A stretch of 41,130 nucleotides of DNA. It comes from Candidatus Woesearchaeota archaeon. Lineage in GTDB: Archaea; Nanobdellota; Nanobdellia; Woesearchaeales; GW2011-AR9. Each line of letters begins with the position of its first letter. Positions within the stretch are counted from its first letter, which is position 1. The notes under the pieces were generated by a model. It worked only from the letters and a program-made list of their open reading frames with translations. It did not search any database and was not told the origin of the DNA. Shown piece after piece: positions 8,858-18,681 of this stretch. The DNA lies in assembly GCA_013331555.1 (NCBI GenBank), contig DUGB01000001.1, forward strand, positions 4,611 through 45,740, written 5' to 3'. A program made the translations under genes and the position numbers.

Positions 8858-9622
8858 ATGACACTCTACCTTATCGGATTAGGACTGCATGATGAAAAAG
8901 ATATTTCGGTGAAAGGGCTAGAAATTGTCAAACGCTGTGATGTTGTGTATGTAGATACCTATACTTCATTATTACAATGCTCGCGAGAGGATTTAGAAAA
9001 ATTCTATGGACGAAAAGTGATTCCTGCGCCGCGTGAAGTGGCAGAACAACACGAGCAAGAGATTATTACTCAAGCGAAAACAAAAGAAGTGGCATTTCTT
9101 GTTGTCGGCGATCCGTTTGCGGCAACAACACATGTAGAGCTACTAAAGCAAGCACAGGAACAAGGAGTGAATGTAAAAATTATCCACAATGCTTCGATTT
9201 TAACAGCTATTGGAATCACTGGATTGCAGTTATACAAGTTTGGCAGAACAATCTCAATTCCTTTCTTGGAAGATCATCCACATCTGGAGACACCATATAT
9301 TGTATTAAGACAGAATTTATATCTAGATATGCATACTGTCTTTTTATTGGATTTAAAACCTGAGCTGAAGAAGTTTATGACCATTCCGGAAGCGCTGACG
9401 GTTTTAGAAACGATCGAAGAGAGGAAGAAAGAACACGTGATTACACCAAGTATGATGGTTATTGGATGTGCGAGATTAGGCGCCGATGACATGATTATTA
9501 AAGCGGGTTCGTTAGAAAAAATAAAAGAAATTGATTTTGGCAAGCCACCATTTTGTCTTATTGTTCCAGGAAAATTACATTTCGTGGAGCGAGAGATGAT
9601 CGAGAGGTATGCAATTAGATGA
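8858..9622 (+). CDS. dph5: Diphthine synthase (diphthine methyl ester synthase)
   Basis: LYLIGLGL, VVGDPFAATTH, GLQLYKFGRTISIPF, HTVFLLD, LIVPGKLHFVE. Confidence 0.96.
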   Translation: MTLYLIGLGLHDEKDISVKGLEIVKRCDVVYVDTYTSLLQCSREDLEKFYGRKVIPAPREVAEQHEQEIITQAKTKEVAFLVVGDPFAATTHVELLKQAQEQGVNVKIIHNASILTAIGITGLQLYKFGRTISIPFLEDHPHLETPYIVLRQNLYLDMHTVFLLDLKPELKKFMTIPEALTVLETIEERKKEHVITPSMMVIGCARLGADDMIIKAGSLEKIKEIDFGKPPFCLIVPGKLHFVEREMIERYAIR

Positions 9623-10296
9623 GTTCATTAGCAATGATGATCTGGTACGAGCAATCGACCGCCGGTTATCTTGCTGCTTTTTTTGGTGACCTTGCTTCTT
9701 TGCATAACCACCATAAAAGAGAGGAAGAGTTTTCTACGCAGGAATTAGTTGAATACTTGGCGCATGCGGCTACGATGATGCGAGCCAGCGATAGTGGAGT
9801 TGTTCGTGAGATCAGAAAACGTGATGGAAGTGATTGTTTAAGAATAACAAATCTCCTTGCCGCCGGAGTTCTTTTACGGACAAAGCTAGCAATAACTGAG
9901 CCGGACCTACTTTTAGATCAAATGTATGAACGATACGGCCTTGGAAGTGAAGAATATTATTCTCTTTCAGTTCAGCGAGAACAAAGGGGAGTTATAGTTA
10001 CACTTTCAAGAAATGGAATTAGCTCAGCGGAACAGCTATTAGAATCCCGGATAGAACCTGACCAAAGAGAGATAAGTATACAAAAATTAGAAACCGATTT
10101 AACCGCTGCAACAGGACCAATGATGGCAATGGGAAGGGACTTATTTTATCCAAAAGATCAACGAGAAAAGTTAATTGCACCAACCAGTGTACGAATTGAA
10201 AGCCGATATGGAGATTCTATTGATGTTGACCGTACTTTATCAGAAAGAGTTGTTCTTCCCGTGTTTCGTTATATACCAAAGGACACAAATATTTAA
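9619..10296 (+). CDS. Hypothetical protein; last codons derive from an inserted element
   Basis: ATGA overlap with dph5; no motif recognised. Confidence 0.65.
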   Translation: MSSLAMMIWYEQSTAGYLAAFFGDLASLHNHHKREEEFSTQELVEYLAHAATMMRASDSGVVREIRKRDGSDCLRITNLLAAGVLLRTKLAITEPDLLLDQMYERYGLGSEEYYSLSVQREQRGVIVTLSRNGISSAEQLLESRIEPDQREISIQKLETDLTAATGPMMAMGRDLFYPKDQREKLIAPTSVRIESRYGDSIDVDRTLSERVVLPVFRYIPKDTNI

Positions 10297-10362
10297 TTGT
10301 TTAGTTGTGTCCTTTGTATATATAACGGACAGAACAGTTTGATCATTTATTTCTGTCCGTTA
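10267..10362. repeat. Twin-hairpin insertion with CGTTA direct repeats
   Basis: CGTTA(10267)..hairpin..TAACG(10323)..hairpin..CGTTA(10358). Confidence 0.7.
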
Positions 10363-10375
10363 GTATAATCCGCAA

Positions 10376-10939
10376 TTAGATCGTGCGGGAATAGTCAACG
10401 TCAGCCGTTAAAGCGTGAAGAGTATGATTAAGCATTAAAGAAACGGTGTTAAATAGACCATACGTACTTAATCTTTGACGCTCACGCGGGCTCACGTCAT
10501 GAAATGTGCCTAGAGCAGTAGCATATTGAACATTTCTCACTGCTTCTTGAGCTTCCTCTGCCGTCATTGTCTCAGCGAGATCTTCTTCTACTTGAGGACT
10601 GCCAGTAAGATACTCTTCATCTGAACTGAAGGATGATCTTGCTATTTCTCCGTACATCATTTCTATGTGGTCAACAGGACCGCTGATGGAAGAATAACTT
10701 GAAGAAAGAAATTGATCACGATGGAAAGAATAGCTGATGGACAGTGATGATTTCAAACCTAGCAATTCAAGATCAGGTTGTTCTTGCTCCATCGAATCTG
10801 ATGGATGATGAGGATTGTCTTTTCCTGATAAATCCAAATTTTGATCAGCGTTAATAATTCCCATTATTGCTGCAGTAATGGAAGAATGAGCGTAATGTGT
10901 AATTTCTTGAGTAACTGTTTGTTCAAGAAGAGAGGTCAT
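10376..10939 (-). CDS. Hypothetical acidic/Ser-rich protein
   Basis: 187-aa ORF with upstream TTTATAAA. Confidence 0.6.
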   Translation of the reverse strand: MTSLLEQTVTQEITHYAHSSITAAIMGIINADQNLDLSGKDNPHHPSDSMEQEQPDLELLGLKSSLSISYSFHRDQFLSSSYSSISGPVDHIEMMYGEIARSSFSSDEEYLTGSPQVEEDLAETMTAEEAQEAVRNVQYATALGTFHDVSPRERQRLSTYGLFNTVSLMLNHTLHALTADVDYSRTI

Positions 10940-10981
10940 AGTAAGATAATCAGTATAATCATTTATAAACTTTCTGAACTC

Positions 10982-12136
10982 TTATTTTTGTTCCGGCTTT
11001 GTGAAAGGGTAATGATACCCTTCTTCACCAGCGGCAAGAGTAAGAAATTTGACCTCGTCTTTCATGACATCATTAAAATGAAAAGTCGAGCGGGTGATGG
11101 GATGAGCACGGAGTTCCCATTTGACTTGGTCACTTTCTGCAAGAATATGAACATATTGTTTCGTTTTTGGTGTTAAGACTTTGGTGTCTTTATCTAGGAA
11201 ATATTCATCACGCCAGGTATCGGAGTGAATAATAACCCAGCCTTCTTTTTCTTCCACATATTTGGTGTGAACATGACCAAAAACATACACTTTATTTCTG
11301 TGCAAAGAGCGCCAGCGTTTCCGCTTGAATGTTTTGACGACGTCGTCAACGTCCCAATGGACATTCCGAAAGCGCCGATAGATTTCACGCAGTAATTCTT
11401 TGGGAAAAGTCCACGTCGGATCAAAATGGTAATGCAAAGGATAGAGGATAATATTTTTGAGAAGAAAGAAAAAAGAGAGAATGTTCAGTTTTTTGACAAT
11501 CGCACGATGATGAGAGAAAAGAACAGGAAGCGGTTTAATGCGCTCCATAAAAGGGTGTTCTTCTTTTAGTTTAAGAAAACCACTGATAATACCAAATGAA
11601 ACCCAAGGAATATTGAGAATGCGCTGTTTTTTATATTTGAGAAAAGGGTGATCTGGCTTAATTCGATTGAGAAAATCATGCTGATGACCATGTTCGACAT
11701 GGATGTTATTTTTTTCATATTCCATGATAAAATGAATATTTTTGTGGGAACGGAGGAGTGACTTTATTTTTTGACGAACTTCTGGATAGAAAAGATCGTG
11801 GTCGTGGTTACCGATAACGAAGTAAAGATGGTGCTGAGTTGAGGTTACAAATTCACGCCAAGCTTGAAAAACAGGTTTGTGGGCATCGTAGATCATCTTC
11901 AATTTAGCAACAGAAACTCCAGAGGTGATATGACGAGGATAGGTAAGTTTGCCATTGTCAAAATAAGGACATTTCAAAAAGTCGAATGTATCACCATTGC
12001 AAATGAAGTCAACGGGAGATTTCTTTGCGGCGTAGGTAAGAAGAAGTTGAGAAAGAGATTTGTCGGCAATGAAATCATCAGTAAGAGTTCCGCCGCCGAG
12101 TTCGGTATCGCCGACAACGATAATTTCAGTTGGCAT
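10982..12136 (-). CDS. Calcineurin-like metallophosphoesterase
   Basis: GDTELG, NGDTFD, GNHD, EHGHQHD, FGHVH. Confidence 0.88.
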   Translation of the reverse strand: MPTEIIVVGDTELGGGTLTDDFIADKSLSQLLLTYAAKKSPVDFICNGDTFDFLKCPYFDNGKLTYPRHITSGVSVAKLKMIYDAHKPVFQAWREFVTSTQHHLYFVIGNHDHDLFYPEVRQKIKSLLRSHKNIHFIMEYEKNNIHVEHGHQHDFLNRIKPDHPFLKYKKQRILNIPWVSFGIISGFLKLKEEHPFMERIKPLPVLFSHHRAIVKKLNILSFFFLLKNIILYPLHYHFDPTWTFPKELLREIYRRFRNVHWDVDDVVKTFKRKRWRSLHRNKVYVFGHVHTKYVEEKEGWVIIHSDTWRDEYFLDKDTKVLTPKTKQYVHILAESDQVKWELRAHPITRSTFHFNDVMKDEVKFLTLAAGEEGYHYPFTKPEQK

Positions 12137-12192
12137 TGGGCGTTGAGTGAAGAAGGAAGTATATAAATTTAATACTAACCACCAGCGGAAAG

Positions 12193-12221
12193 TTTATAAG
12201 TACACGTATGTACACGTACGT
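12193..12221 (+). promoter_or_regulatory. TATA box followed by a tandem GTACACGTA repeat, likely vapBC operator
   Basis: TTTATAAG, then GTACACGTA at 12200 and 12210, just before the antitoxin ATG. Confidence 0.55.
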
Positions 12222-12223
12222 TT

Positions 12224-12457
12224 ATGACAACAAAAACACTCACCATTACCGAAGATGCCTATGAACGGCTGTCAAAATACAAAAGTGCCCACGATAGCTT
12301 CAGTGATGTGATTATAAAGCATTTCCCTAAACATTCTCTTCTCGAATTGGTTGGGAGACTTACAACTAAAGAAGCAGAAGGACTGCGAAAACACGTAAAA
12401 GAGAGAAGGAGAGAATCACAAGAAAGAATGAGTGAGACAGCAAGGAGATTGCAATGA
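12224..12457 (+). CDS. vapB: VapB-type antitoxin (DUF217/COG1753-like)
   Basis: KTLTITEDAYERL...SFSDVI; ATGA overlap with the PIN gene. Confidence 0.85.
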   Translation: MTTKTLTITEDAYERLSKYKSAHDSFSDVIIKHFPKHSLLELVGRLTTKEAEGLRKHVKERRRESQERMSETARRLQ

Positions 12458-12846
12458 TCCTTGATACAAGCTTTGTTATAGACCTTATGAATAATCATCC
12501 CGAAGCAGTTTTGAAGGCACGTGAGCTCCAACAAAAAGGAGAACATACGTATATCTGTACACCAACGTTATTTGAACTATGGAGTGGCCTAGCACAAAGT
12601 AACAAACCAGTAAAAGAAAAGCAGAAAATAATGGAGATCATTTCTTCTCAGTTGGTACTCAATTTTGACAAAGAGAGTGCAGAAGAAGCTGGAAAAATAG
12701 ACGGCCTATTGAAATGTGAAGGGCAAATGATCGATCCCGAGGATAGCATGATTGCGGGGATTGCAAAACGCCATGGAGAGTGTGTCTTAACGAAGAATGT
12801 AAAACATTTTAGTCGGATAAAAACTATTTCTTGTGCAACATATTGA
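12454..12846 (+). CDS. vapC: VapC PIN-domain toxin
   Basis: ILDTSFVID, FEL, DSMIAGIA, LTKNVKHF. Confidence 0.92.
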   Translation: MILDTSFVIDLMNNHPEAVLKARELQQKGEHTYICTPTLFELWSGLAQSNKPVKEKQKIMEIISSQLVLNFDKESAEEAGKIDGLLKCEGQMIDPEDSMIAGIAKRHGECVLTKNVKHFSRIKTISCATY

Positions 12847-12860
12847 TTAGTCAAGAAAAA

Positions 12861-14315
12861 TCAATAACTTCGTCCGAAGTAGAACCATACAGCGGCTTTT
12901 TTGGAACAGGTGAAACACGGCTGGTCTTTTTTAAGTTTGGGCTGATCGAATGGCGAGTTGAGTGATTTGGCACCGGTTTTTTCTTTGAACGCTTCTTCAC
13001 ATTGCGGAGTGCCGCACCATGGAGCAAAAAGTAGTTTCTTATTTTCGAGATGTTTCACTGCATCTTTTGTATTGTCAATGTGAACAATACTGTTATGAAG
13101 ATGTTTCTCAGCTTTGGTAAAGAGATTATCTTGAATTTGCTGCAAGAGAGCAGGAATTTCTGTTTCGAGGGAAGTAAACGGAAGAGATTTCTTATCTCCG
13201 GTGTCACGACGAACAGCGACAACTTGTTTCTTGTCTAAATCCTTGGGACCAACTTCGATACGAATTGGGATGCCTTTCATTTCCCATTCGTTAAATTTCC
13301 AGCCAGGAGTGTAGCCCTCGCGATTATCAAGATAGACCGTAATTCCTTTCTTTTCTAATTTCGTTTTGAGATTGTTTGCTTCTGCAAGAACTTTTGCTTT
13401 GGTATCATCAAAGAGAATAGGAACGATCACGACTTGAGTTGAAGCGATCGCAGGTGGAAGAACAAGACCTTTGTCATCAGAATGCATCATGACTAATACA
13501 CCAAGCATGCGAGTAGAGATCGCAAACGTATTCTGCCAAGCATATTCTTTCTTGCCATTTTTATCTAAAAAAGTAATGTCAAATGCTTTCGCAAAGATTT
13601 GTCCATCGTGATGAAAGTCTGGCCCTTGAATTGCTTTTCCATTAGGGATGACAAACTCCATGGAAACAGTGTATTCTGCTCCAGCAAACGTTTCATTTTT
13701 TGATTTCTTTCCAATCAATGAAGGAAGAGCAAGATATTTCTCACATACTTCTTTGTAAATCCCGATAATTTCTTCTTGTTCCGCCTCTGCTTCTTCTTTG
13801 GAAGCAAAACAGGTGTGTCCTTCATTCCACAAAAACTCCCGGCCGCGCAAAAAAGGAACAGGATGCTTGAATTCCCACCGAACTACCGAGTTCCATTGAT
13901 TCAGGCGTAAAGGAAGGTCATTGTGGGAACGAATCCATTTTGAGTAAGAATCATACATAATAGTTTCAGACGTTGGACGGATCGCTAAACGTTCACTGAG
14001 CTTAGTCTCACCAGCATGAGTTACCCAGGCAACTTCAGGAGTAAAACCAGCAACATGAGTTGATTCTTTTTTAAGCAACGATTCTGGAATAAAGAGAGGG
14101 AAATAGGCATTTTTAATTCCAACTTCCTTAAAACGCTTGTCAACTACCTGCTGAATCTTTTCCCAAAGGGAATAGGAATTTGGCTTATAGATGATACAAC
14201 CAGAAACAATAGAATAATCAGCTAAATCGGCTTTTTGAATTATTTGGGTATACCATTCAGAAAAGTCGCCATCTTTTGTTACAGTTAATCCTTTGGTATC
14301 TTTCTTGGCATTCAT
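12861..14315 (-). CDS. proS: Proline--tRNA ligase, archaeal/eukaryal type
   Basis: IRPTSET, RWEFKHPVPFLRGREFLWNEGHT, STRMLG, C-terminal FGRSY. Confidence 0.97.
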   Translation of the reverse strand: MNAKKDTKGLTVTKDGDFSEWYTQIIQKADLADYSIVSGCIIYKPNSYSLWEKIQQVVDKRFKEVGIKNAYFPLFIPESLLKKESTHVAGFTPEVAWVTHAGETKLSERLAIRPTSETIMYDSYSKWIRSHNDLPLRLNQWNSVVRWEFKHPVPFLRGREFLWNEGHTCFASKEEAEAEQEEIIGIYKEVCEKYLALPSLIGKKSKNETFAGAEYTVSMEFVIPNGKAIQGPDFHHDGQIFAKAFDITFLDKNGKKEYAWQNTFAISTRMLGVLVMMHSDDKGLVLPPAIASTQVVIVPILFDDTKAKVLAEANNLKTKLEKKGITVYLDNREGYTPGWKFNEWEMKGIPIRIEVGPKDLDKKQVVAVRRDTGDKKSLPFTSLETEIPALLQQIQDNLFTKAEKHLHNSIVHIDNTKDAVKHLENKKLLFAPWCGTPQCEEAFKEKTGAKSLNSPFDQPKLKKDQPCFTCSKKAAVWFYFGRSY

Positions 14316-14449
14316 ATTTCTGTAGGATTGAGAAGAATTATATAAAGATTTAGTTGGGATTGGCAGAACCAGAAGTAGTAAGTGAGTACACTCTTAAATA
14401 GATTTTTTCTTCGGAAAGATATTTAATAAGATAATATAAACCCAAAACT

Positions 14450-14776
14450 ATGTTCTGTGCAAGCTGCGGTACTTTGTTGCGACTTCAGAAAACGCCCTAT
14501 GGGAAATGGATGAGTTGTCCCAACGGCCATACGCAACCTACGCTTCAGCAAGAACAACCATCATTTACAGAGAAAAATCAACACCAAGCAAAAACAGTTC
14601 AAGTTGCCGATGGAGAGAATATTCTTGCTGTTCATGATCATGTCTGTAAGCGCTGTGGATATGGAAAAGCAGAATTAATCGAAATCAGTGCAGCATATTC
14701 TGATGAAGATAATAACTATCGAATGAAATGCGGGAAATGCGGATTTACGGAACGATTAGAAGGAAAGATTAAGTAA
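14450..14776 (+). CDS. Transcription factor S (TFS/RpoM-like), two zinc ribbons
   Basis: FCASCG..CPNGH and CKRCG...SDED...CGKCG. Confidence 0.75.
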   Translation: MFCASCGTLLRLQKTPYGKWMSCPNGHTQPTLQQEQPSFTEKNQHQAKTVQVADGENILAVHDHVCKRCGYGKAELIEISAAYSDEDNNYRMKCGKCGFTERLEGKIK

Positions 14777-14805
14777 ACAGAAAAAGTCATTAAAAAAAAT
14801 AAAAA

Positions 14806-14868
14806 AAATCTTGCCCGCAGAGGTCCTTACAGGGGGTGGTTGTAAGAGAAAACGACGGGGCAAGATTT
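14806..14868 (-). terminator. Hairpin plus T-tract downstream of ftsZ, between convergent genes
   Basis: AAATCTTGCCC...GGGCAAGATTT with inner CTTACA/TGTAAG; followed by long T runs on the minus strand. Confidence 0.5.
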
Positions 14869-14885
14869 GGAGTATGAAATTGGTC

Positions 14886-15956
14886 TTAGACCAACTCAAT
14901 GCCCAATTCCCGGCTAAGGGATTGTGCTCGTCGTTCGGAACTCTTCTTGTCCACTTTGCCTAAAATCCATGGTGAATTGACACCAGTGATGATAGTCATG
15001 ACCGTCATTTTTCCTTTCATGTCATCAGCAACACGTGCTCCCCAAATAACGTTTGCATCGTCATCAAGAGATTCGGTAACCAATTCTCCAATTCGGGAAA
15101 CTTCATCAAGAGTCATGTCCGGTCCACCTGTTACGTGGATCAATGCGCCAGTAGCTCCTTCGTAGTTGATATCAAGCAAGGGATTAGATAAGGCTCCTTT
15201 AACTGCTTCTTCAACACGATTATTAGTATCGGAACTGCCTACACCAATCGCAGCGACACCACCATTGGACATAATTGCTTTTACGTCAGCGTAATCCAAG
15301 TTAACTAAGGATGGTACGGCAATCGTTTCAACAATTCCTTTAATCATTGTGGCGATCAATTCGTTGGCAACAGCAAAAGCTTGCTGAATAGGCAAGTTAC
15401 CTGCTATCTGAACAAGGCGATTGTTGTCAATAACAATAACTGTGTCAGACACTTGGCGAAGTTGCTGCAGACCAAATTCAGCTTTGTCGCAGCGGGCGCG
15501 TTCAATGCTGAACGGCATCGTCACTGTTCCAATAACAATTGCACCAGTATCTTTTGCGACTTGAGCAACAACAGGAGCAGCACCAGTACCAGTACCTCCT
15601 CCCATTCCTGCGCAGACAAAGACCATATCAGATCCTTTTAATGTTTCTTTAATGCGGGTTAATGATTCCTGAGCAGCTTCTGCTCCCTTATTGGGAAATC
15701 CGCCACATCCTAAACCACGTGTGCAGTCTTTTCCAATCAAGAATTTCTGATCGGCAGGAGTAATCGTTAAGTGCTGATGATCAGTATTGGTCGCGATAAT
15801 TTCTGCGCCTTTGATTCCTTTTTTGTAGAGCCAACCAACCATATTGTTTCCGGCTCCGCCAACACCAATTACTTTGATGTTCGCTTGATTCATATTCTCA
15901 AAATCATACTCGTCAGACGAGTTATTGTTCATTGCTTTTTCTATAATAAACTCCAT
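14886..15956 (-). CDS. ftsZ: Cell division protein FtsZ
   Basis: [32 protein letters not shown] upstream. Confidence 0.98.
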   Translation of the reverse strand: MEFIIEKAMNNNSSDEYDFENMNQANIKVIGVGGAGNNMVGWLYKKGIKGAEIIATNTDHQHLTITPADQKFLIGKDCTRGLGCGGFPNKGAEAAQESLTRIKETLKGSDMVFVCAGMGGGTGTGAAPVVAQVAKDTGAIVIGTVTMPFSIERARCDKAEFGLQQLRQVSDTVIVIDNNRLVQIAGNLPIQQAFAVANELIATMIKGIVETIAVPSLVNLDYADVKAIMSNGGVAAIGVGSSDTNNRVEEAVKGALSNPLLDINYEGATGALIHVTGGPDMTLDEVSRIGELVTESLDDDANVIWGARVADDMKGKMTVMTIITGVNSPWILGKVDKKSSERRAQSLSRELGIELV

Positions 15957-16064
15957 TGTATACCCACCTCATTTTTATGTCCTTTTCTGACACGCATCCC
16001 CCAATATATAGTTTGCACTACGCAAATGATTATATACGTGCAGGATATTTTACTCTTTAGAATC

Positions 16065-16167
16065 AACCAAAACTAGTCTTACCAACTAGAATAACCAACT
16101 ATCGGAACTTACCAACCGATTAAAACCAAATTTTTGACTGCAAAAGTTTACCAGACTTTTGTATCAA
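16065..16167 (-). promoter_or_regulatory. Repetitive structured region in the predicted ftsZ leader
   Basis: Three hairpins with UGGUAA at the loop, alternating with UUGGUU linkers; TATA-like CTTAAATA near 16197-16204. Confidence 0.5.
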
Positions 16168-16281
16168 CTCTTTTATTTTCTGGAGTTACTTAAAGTATTT
16201 AAGCATTTCTGTGCTGGAGAATATAAATGATTAATTTTACAATAAGAATGATGTTAAAATAACAAGATCATTTAAAAATGT

Positions 16282-16935
16282 TTACTTTTGAGAAATTTTT
16301 TCTAACACTTTGGTGGCAGTATTTTGAGCAACTTGTTTAGCATACTCAGCTTTGCGGGCAAGAATAGCAGCAATGTCATTCATATACTTAGCCGGATCGC
16401 GCATTTTACGACGCCATTTATGGAAGTAAACGACTGTTTCCAGAGGATATTTTGGCGGTTTGACCGGAACTTCTTGAGGATAACCAATGGCAATAATGGC
16501 CTGAGGACGAATTTCAGGAGGAATACTCAGTGTCGATCGTACGCTGTCTTCATCAAAAGCACCAATCCAGCATGATCCAAGATCAAGCGAATGAGCTTCG
16601 AGAAGCATATTTTGAATTGCAGCAGCACAATTTTGAACAGTATACAGACGTTCTCCTCGCAGACCATAGTAACGCTCCGCTTTTTCAGGCTCAGCACAAA
16701 CGACGATGAGAACTGCCGCCAGGGCAATTTCATATTGTTCATAACAGGATTCGGCTAATTTTTGTTTCACGCCGGAATCTAAAGCAACGATAAATTTCCA
16801 ATTTTGAAGATTGCCACAACTAGGAGCATGACGAGCAGCATCAATAACGCGGGAGATTTTTTCCCAAGAGACAAATTTAGGAAGAAAACGTTTGATCGTT
16901 CGACGGGATTTGATTAATTCCAAAATGTCGTTCAT
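16282..16935 (-). CDS. Nitroreductase family protein
   Basis: RRTIKRF, APSCGNLQNWKFIV, LGSCWIGAF, IAIGYP. Confidence 0.92.
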   Translation of the reverse strand: MNDILELIKSRRTIKRFLPKFVSWEKISRVIDAARHAPSCGNLQNWKFIVALDSGVKQKLAESCYEQYEIALAAVLIVVCAEPEKAERYYGLRGERLYTVQNCAAAIQNMLLEAHSLDLGSCWIGAFDEDSVRSTLSIPPEIRPQAIIAIGYPQEVPVKPPKYPLETVVYFHKWRRKMRDPAKYMNDIAAILARKAEYAKQVAQNTATKVLEKISQK

Positions 16936-17000
16936 AGACAAAGACTAATTGCAAAGAATATATATAATTAACGCATCGATGATGGAAAGGAAACTTCTTT

Positions 17001-17831
17001 TCAGCTACCTTTTAAATTCTGTTTCTTAGTTACTGTCGTCATTAATTTACCGTTCTCGTCATATAATTCCAGAACGATGTCAACGCTAGTCAAATCGCCA
17101 GCACTGACTTCACTATAGGAAAATCCACCCTGAACAGTAACTTGCTTTGTGCTTTTCGCACCTGCTTTAATTATTTTAGACTGGTTGTGAACATTAATTT
17201 TTTTATCGAAATCGTCGTAGCCTTCAACATTCATGATAATGTATGACGGCTTAATTGTCCCGACTTCGTTATTTTTAATAGTGTACGTGATAGTCATAAT
17301 TTTTCCCCACGTGTCATACCATTTTGTGTATACTGATTCGAGACTTAGAGCCACTTTGGAGTATGAAGTAATGACGGCCTCTTCAACTTCGGGTTCTGCA
17401 GTTGTTGTCGTCGCGGGATTGGGTGTTGTTGTATTTGATGGAGCGGATGCCGCAGGGACAACTGTACCATTTGAAGGAACAACAGGAACGGCAACGACGG
17501 CAGAGGAATTATCATCAGAGGAAAAGAGACTGCCGATAAGATTAATCACGGCGCCAATGCTAAATCGGCCTGGCTCTTCACTTTCAGCGACGATAGGAGC
17601 GGGAGCAACGGCGACTTCGGGAGTAGTGATCTCGTTATTATCGACAGTACAATCCATGCTCATTCGCCCTAGAAAGAAAAAAGCAACGAATAGTAAACCA
17701 ATAATTCCCCACTTCAGCACTTTGCGCGGCTGAATGCGAATAGTAACCTCTTGATCGAGAAGATGGTCTCTGCGAAGAGAGCGCTCTTTACCAAAATCAC
17801 GTCCTAATTTGTCTTGAACGAGCGGAGTCAT
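17001..17831 (-). CDS. Single-pass membrane protein with P/T/A-rich linker and Ig-like C-terminal domain
   Basis: TM WGIIGLLFVAFFFLG; start moved to the ATGA overlap with the upstream small ORF. Confidence 0.7.
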   Translation of the reverse strand: MTPLVQDKLGRDFGKERSLRRDHLLDQEVTIRIQPRKVLKWGIIGLLFVAFFFLGRMSMDCTVDNNEITTPEVAVAPAPIVAESEEPGRFSIGAVINLIGSLFSSDDNSSAVVAVPVVPSNGTVVPAASAPSNTTTPNPATTTTAEPEVEEAVITSYSKVALSLESVYTKWYDTWGKIMTITYTIKNNEVGTIKPSYIIMNVEGYDDFDKKINVHNQSKIIKAGAKSTKQVTVQGGFSYSEVSAGDLTSVDIVLELYDENGKLMTTVTKKQNLKGS

Positions 17832-18028
17832 GATACAATAAAAAGGATGATGGAAACGATAATGAGAATCGGACTGGCAGCAAGAGTGCAACAGGCGACT
17901 TGTTCTTGGACAGTATCACTACGGAAATTTTTGTATTTTCCAATTATGAACTGCACAAACAAAGAAACCTGGTCTTGAAAAAGAGCAAACTGTTGTTTGA
18001 ATGTCTGGATAAGATTACGTAAAGCCAT
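17828..18028 (-). CDS. Small membrane protein
   Basis: SD AAGGTGA before ATG(18028); C-terminal hydrophobic helix; stop overlaps the next start. Confidence 0.6.
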   Translation of the reverse strand: MALRNLIQTFKQQFALFQDQVSLFVQFIIGKYKNFRSDTVQEQVACCTLAASPILIIVSIILFIVS

Positions 18029-18076
18029 GTTCTCAATCACCTTTAATGGTACAGAAAATAAAAAGAGTTTAAAAAG

Positions 18077-18481
18077 TTATTGTTTAGCTTCCTCAGAAGG
18101 AGCAGAAACAAAAGGTTGAGCACCTTCTTTAGTTACTTTAACATTTATTTGATGAATTATCTTAGTGATCATCTCACCACAGACCGTGCGACGACGAACT
18201 AAGCCGCCCTGTTTATCATTATTGCGTGTTTTTCCTGAAAATCCAACACTTCGGCCAATAAGAACTTTTTTACGCGGCTGCTGGATACCTTTACGCATCG
18301 GAAATCCACACTTATCAGAACCGCCGGTAATTTGAAATTCATATCCTGGAAAACCAATAAGATCACCTTTGACAACGTCGCCAATGCGACTCTTCAAAAG
18401 ATGCTCAGATTCTGGATCTTTAATTTCTTTTTGATAACTTTTTCCATTGTTGGTGGAAATGACCAATTTAAATTCTGTCAT
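18077..18481 (-). CDS. rps6e: 30S ribosomal protein S6e
   Basis: GYEFQITGGSDKCGFPMR, RRRTVCG, QINVKV. Confidence 0.96.
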   Translation of the reverse strand: MTEFKLVISTNNGKSYQKEIKDPESEHLLKSRIGDVVKGDLIGFPGYEFQITGGSDKCGFPMRKGIQQPRKKVLIGRSVGFSGKTRNNDKQGGLVRRRTVCGEMITKIIHQINVKVTKEGAQPFVSAPSEEAKQ

Positions 18482-18496
18482 GATTTCACATCCTTA

Positions 18497-18585
18497 ACCC
18501 GAGACTTAAGCACAAACATTGAAATTTGCGCGCAAAACACTATTTTGCGAACCTATCGGCTCACACGCAACGCGTGGTCTCAGCT
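18497..18585 (-). ncRNA. Candidate multi-branched structured 5' leader of rps6e
   Basis: Closing stem GAGAC/GUCUC encloses four hairpins; TATA box near 18609-18619. Confidence 0.45.
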
Positions 18586-18681
18586 GTGAAGAGGGAAGAA
18601 TGAAGTTTATTTATAAATATTCCTTGACATAATGTTGCTGGGAGAAAAACGTCATGAAGAAAGAGCAGAGAAAAGAACTGT

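Noticed and set aside
16065..16167. Possible CRISPR array, or a small cdrS-like regulator gene upstream of ftsZ
   Set aside because: Repeats are only 6 nt with irregular spacing, there are no cas genes, and I found no suitable ORF on the minus strand
17233..17733. Long antisense ORFs (also 21941-22483, 32283-32681, 33473-33865 and others)
   Set aside because: Shadows of well-supported genes on the opposite strand
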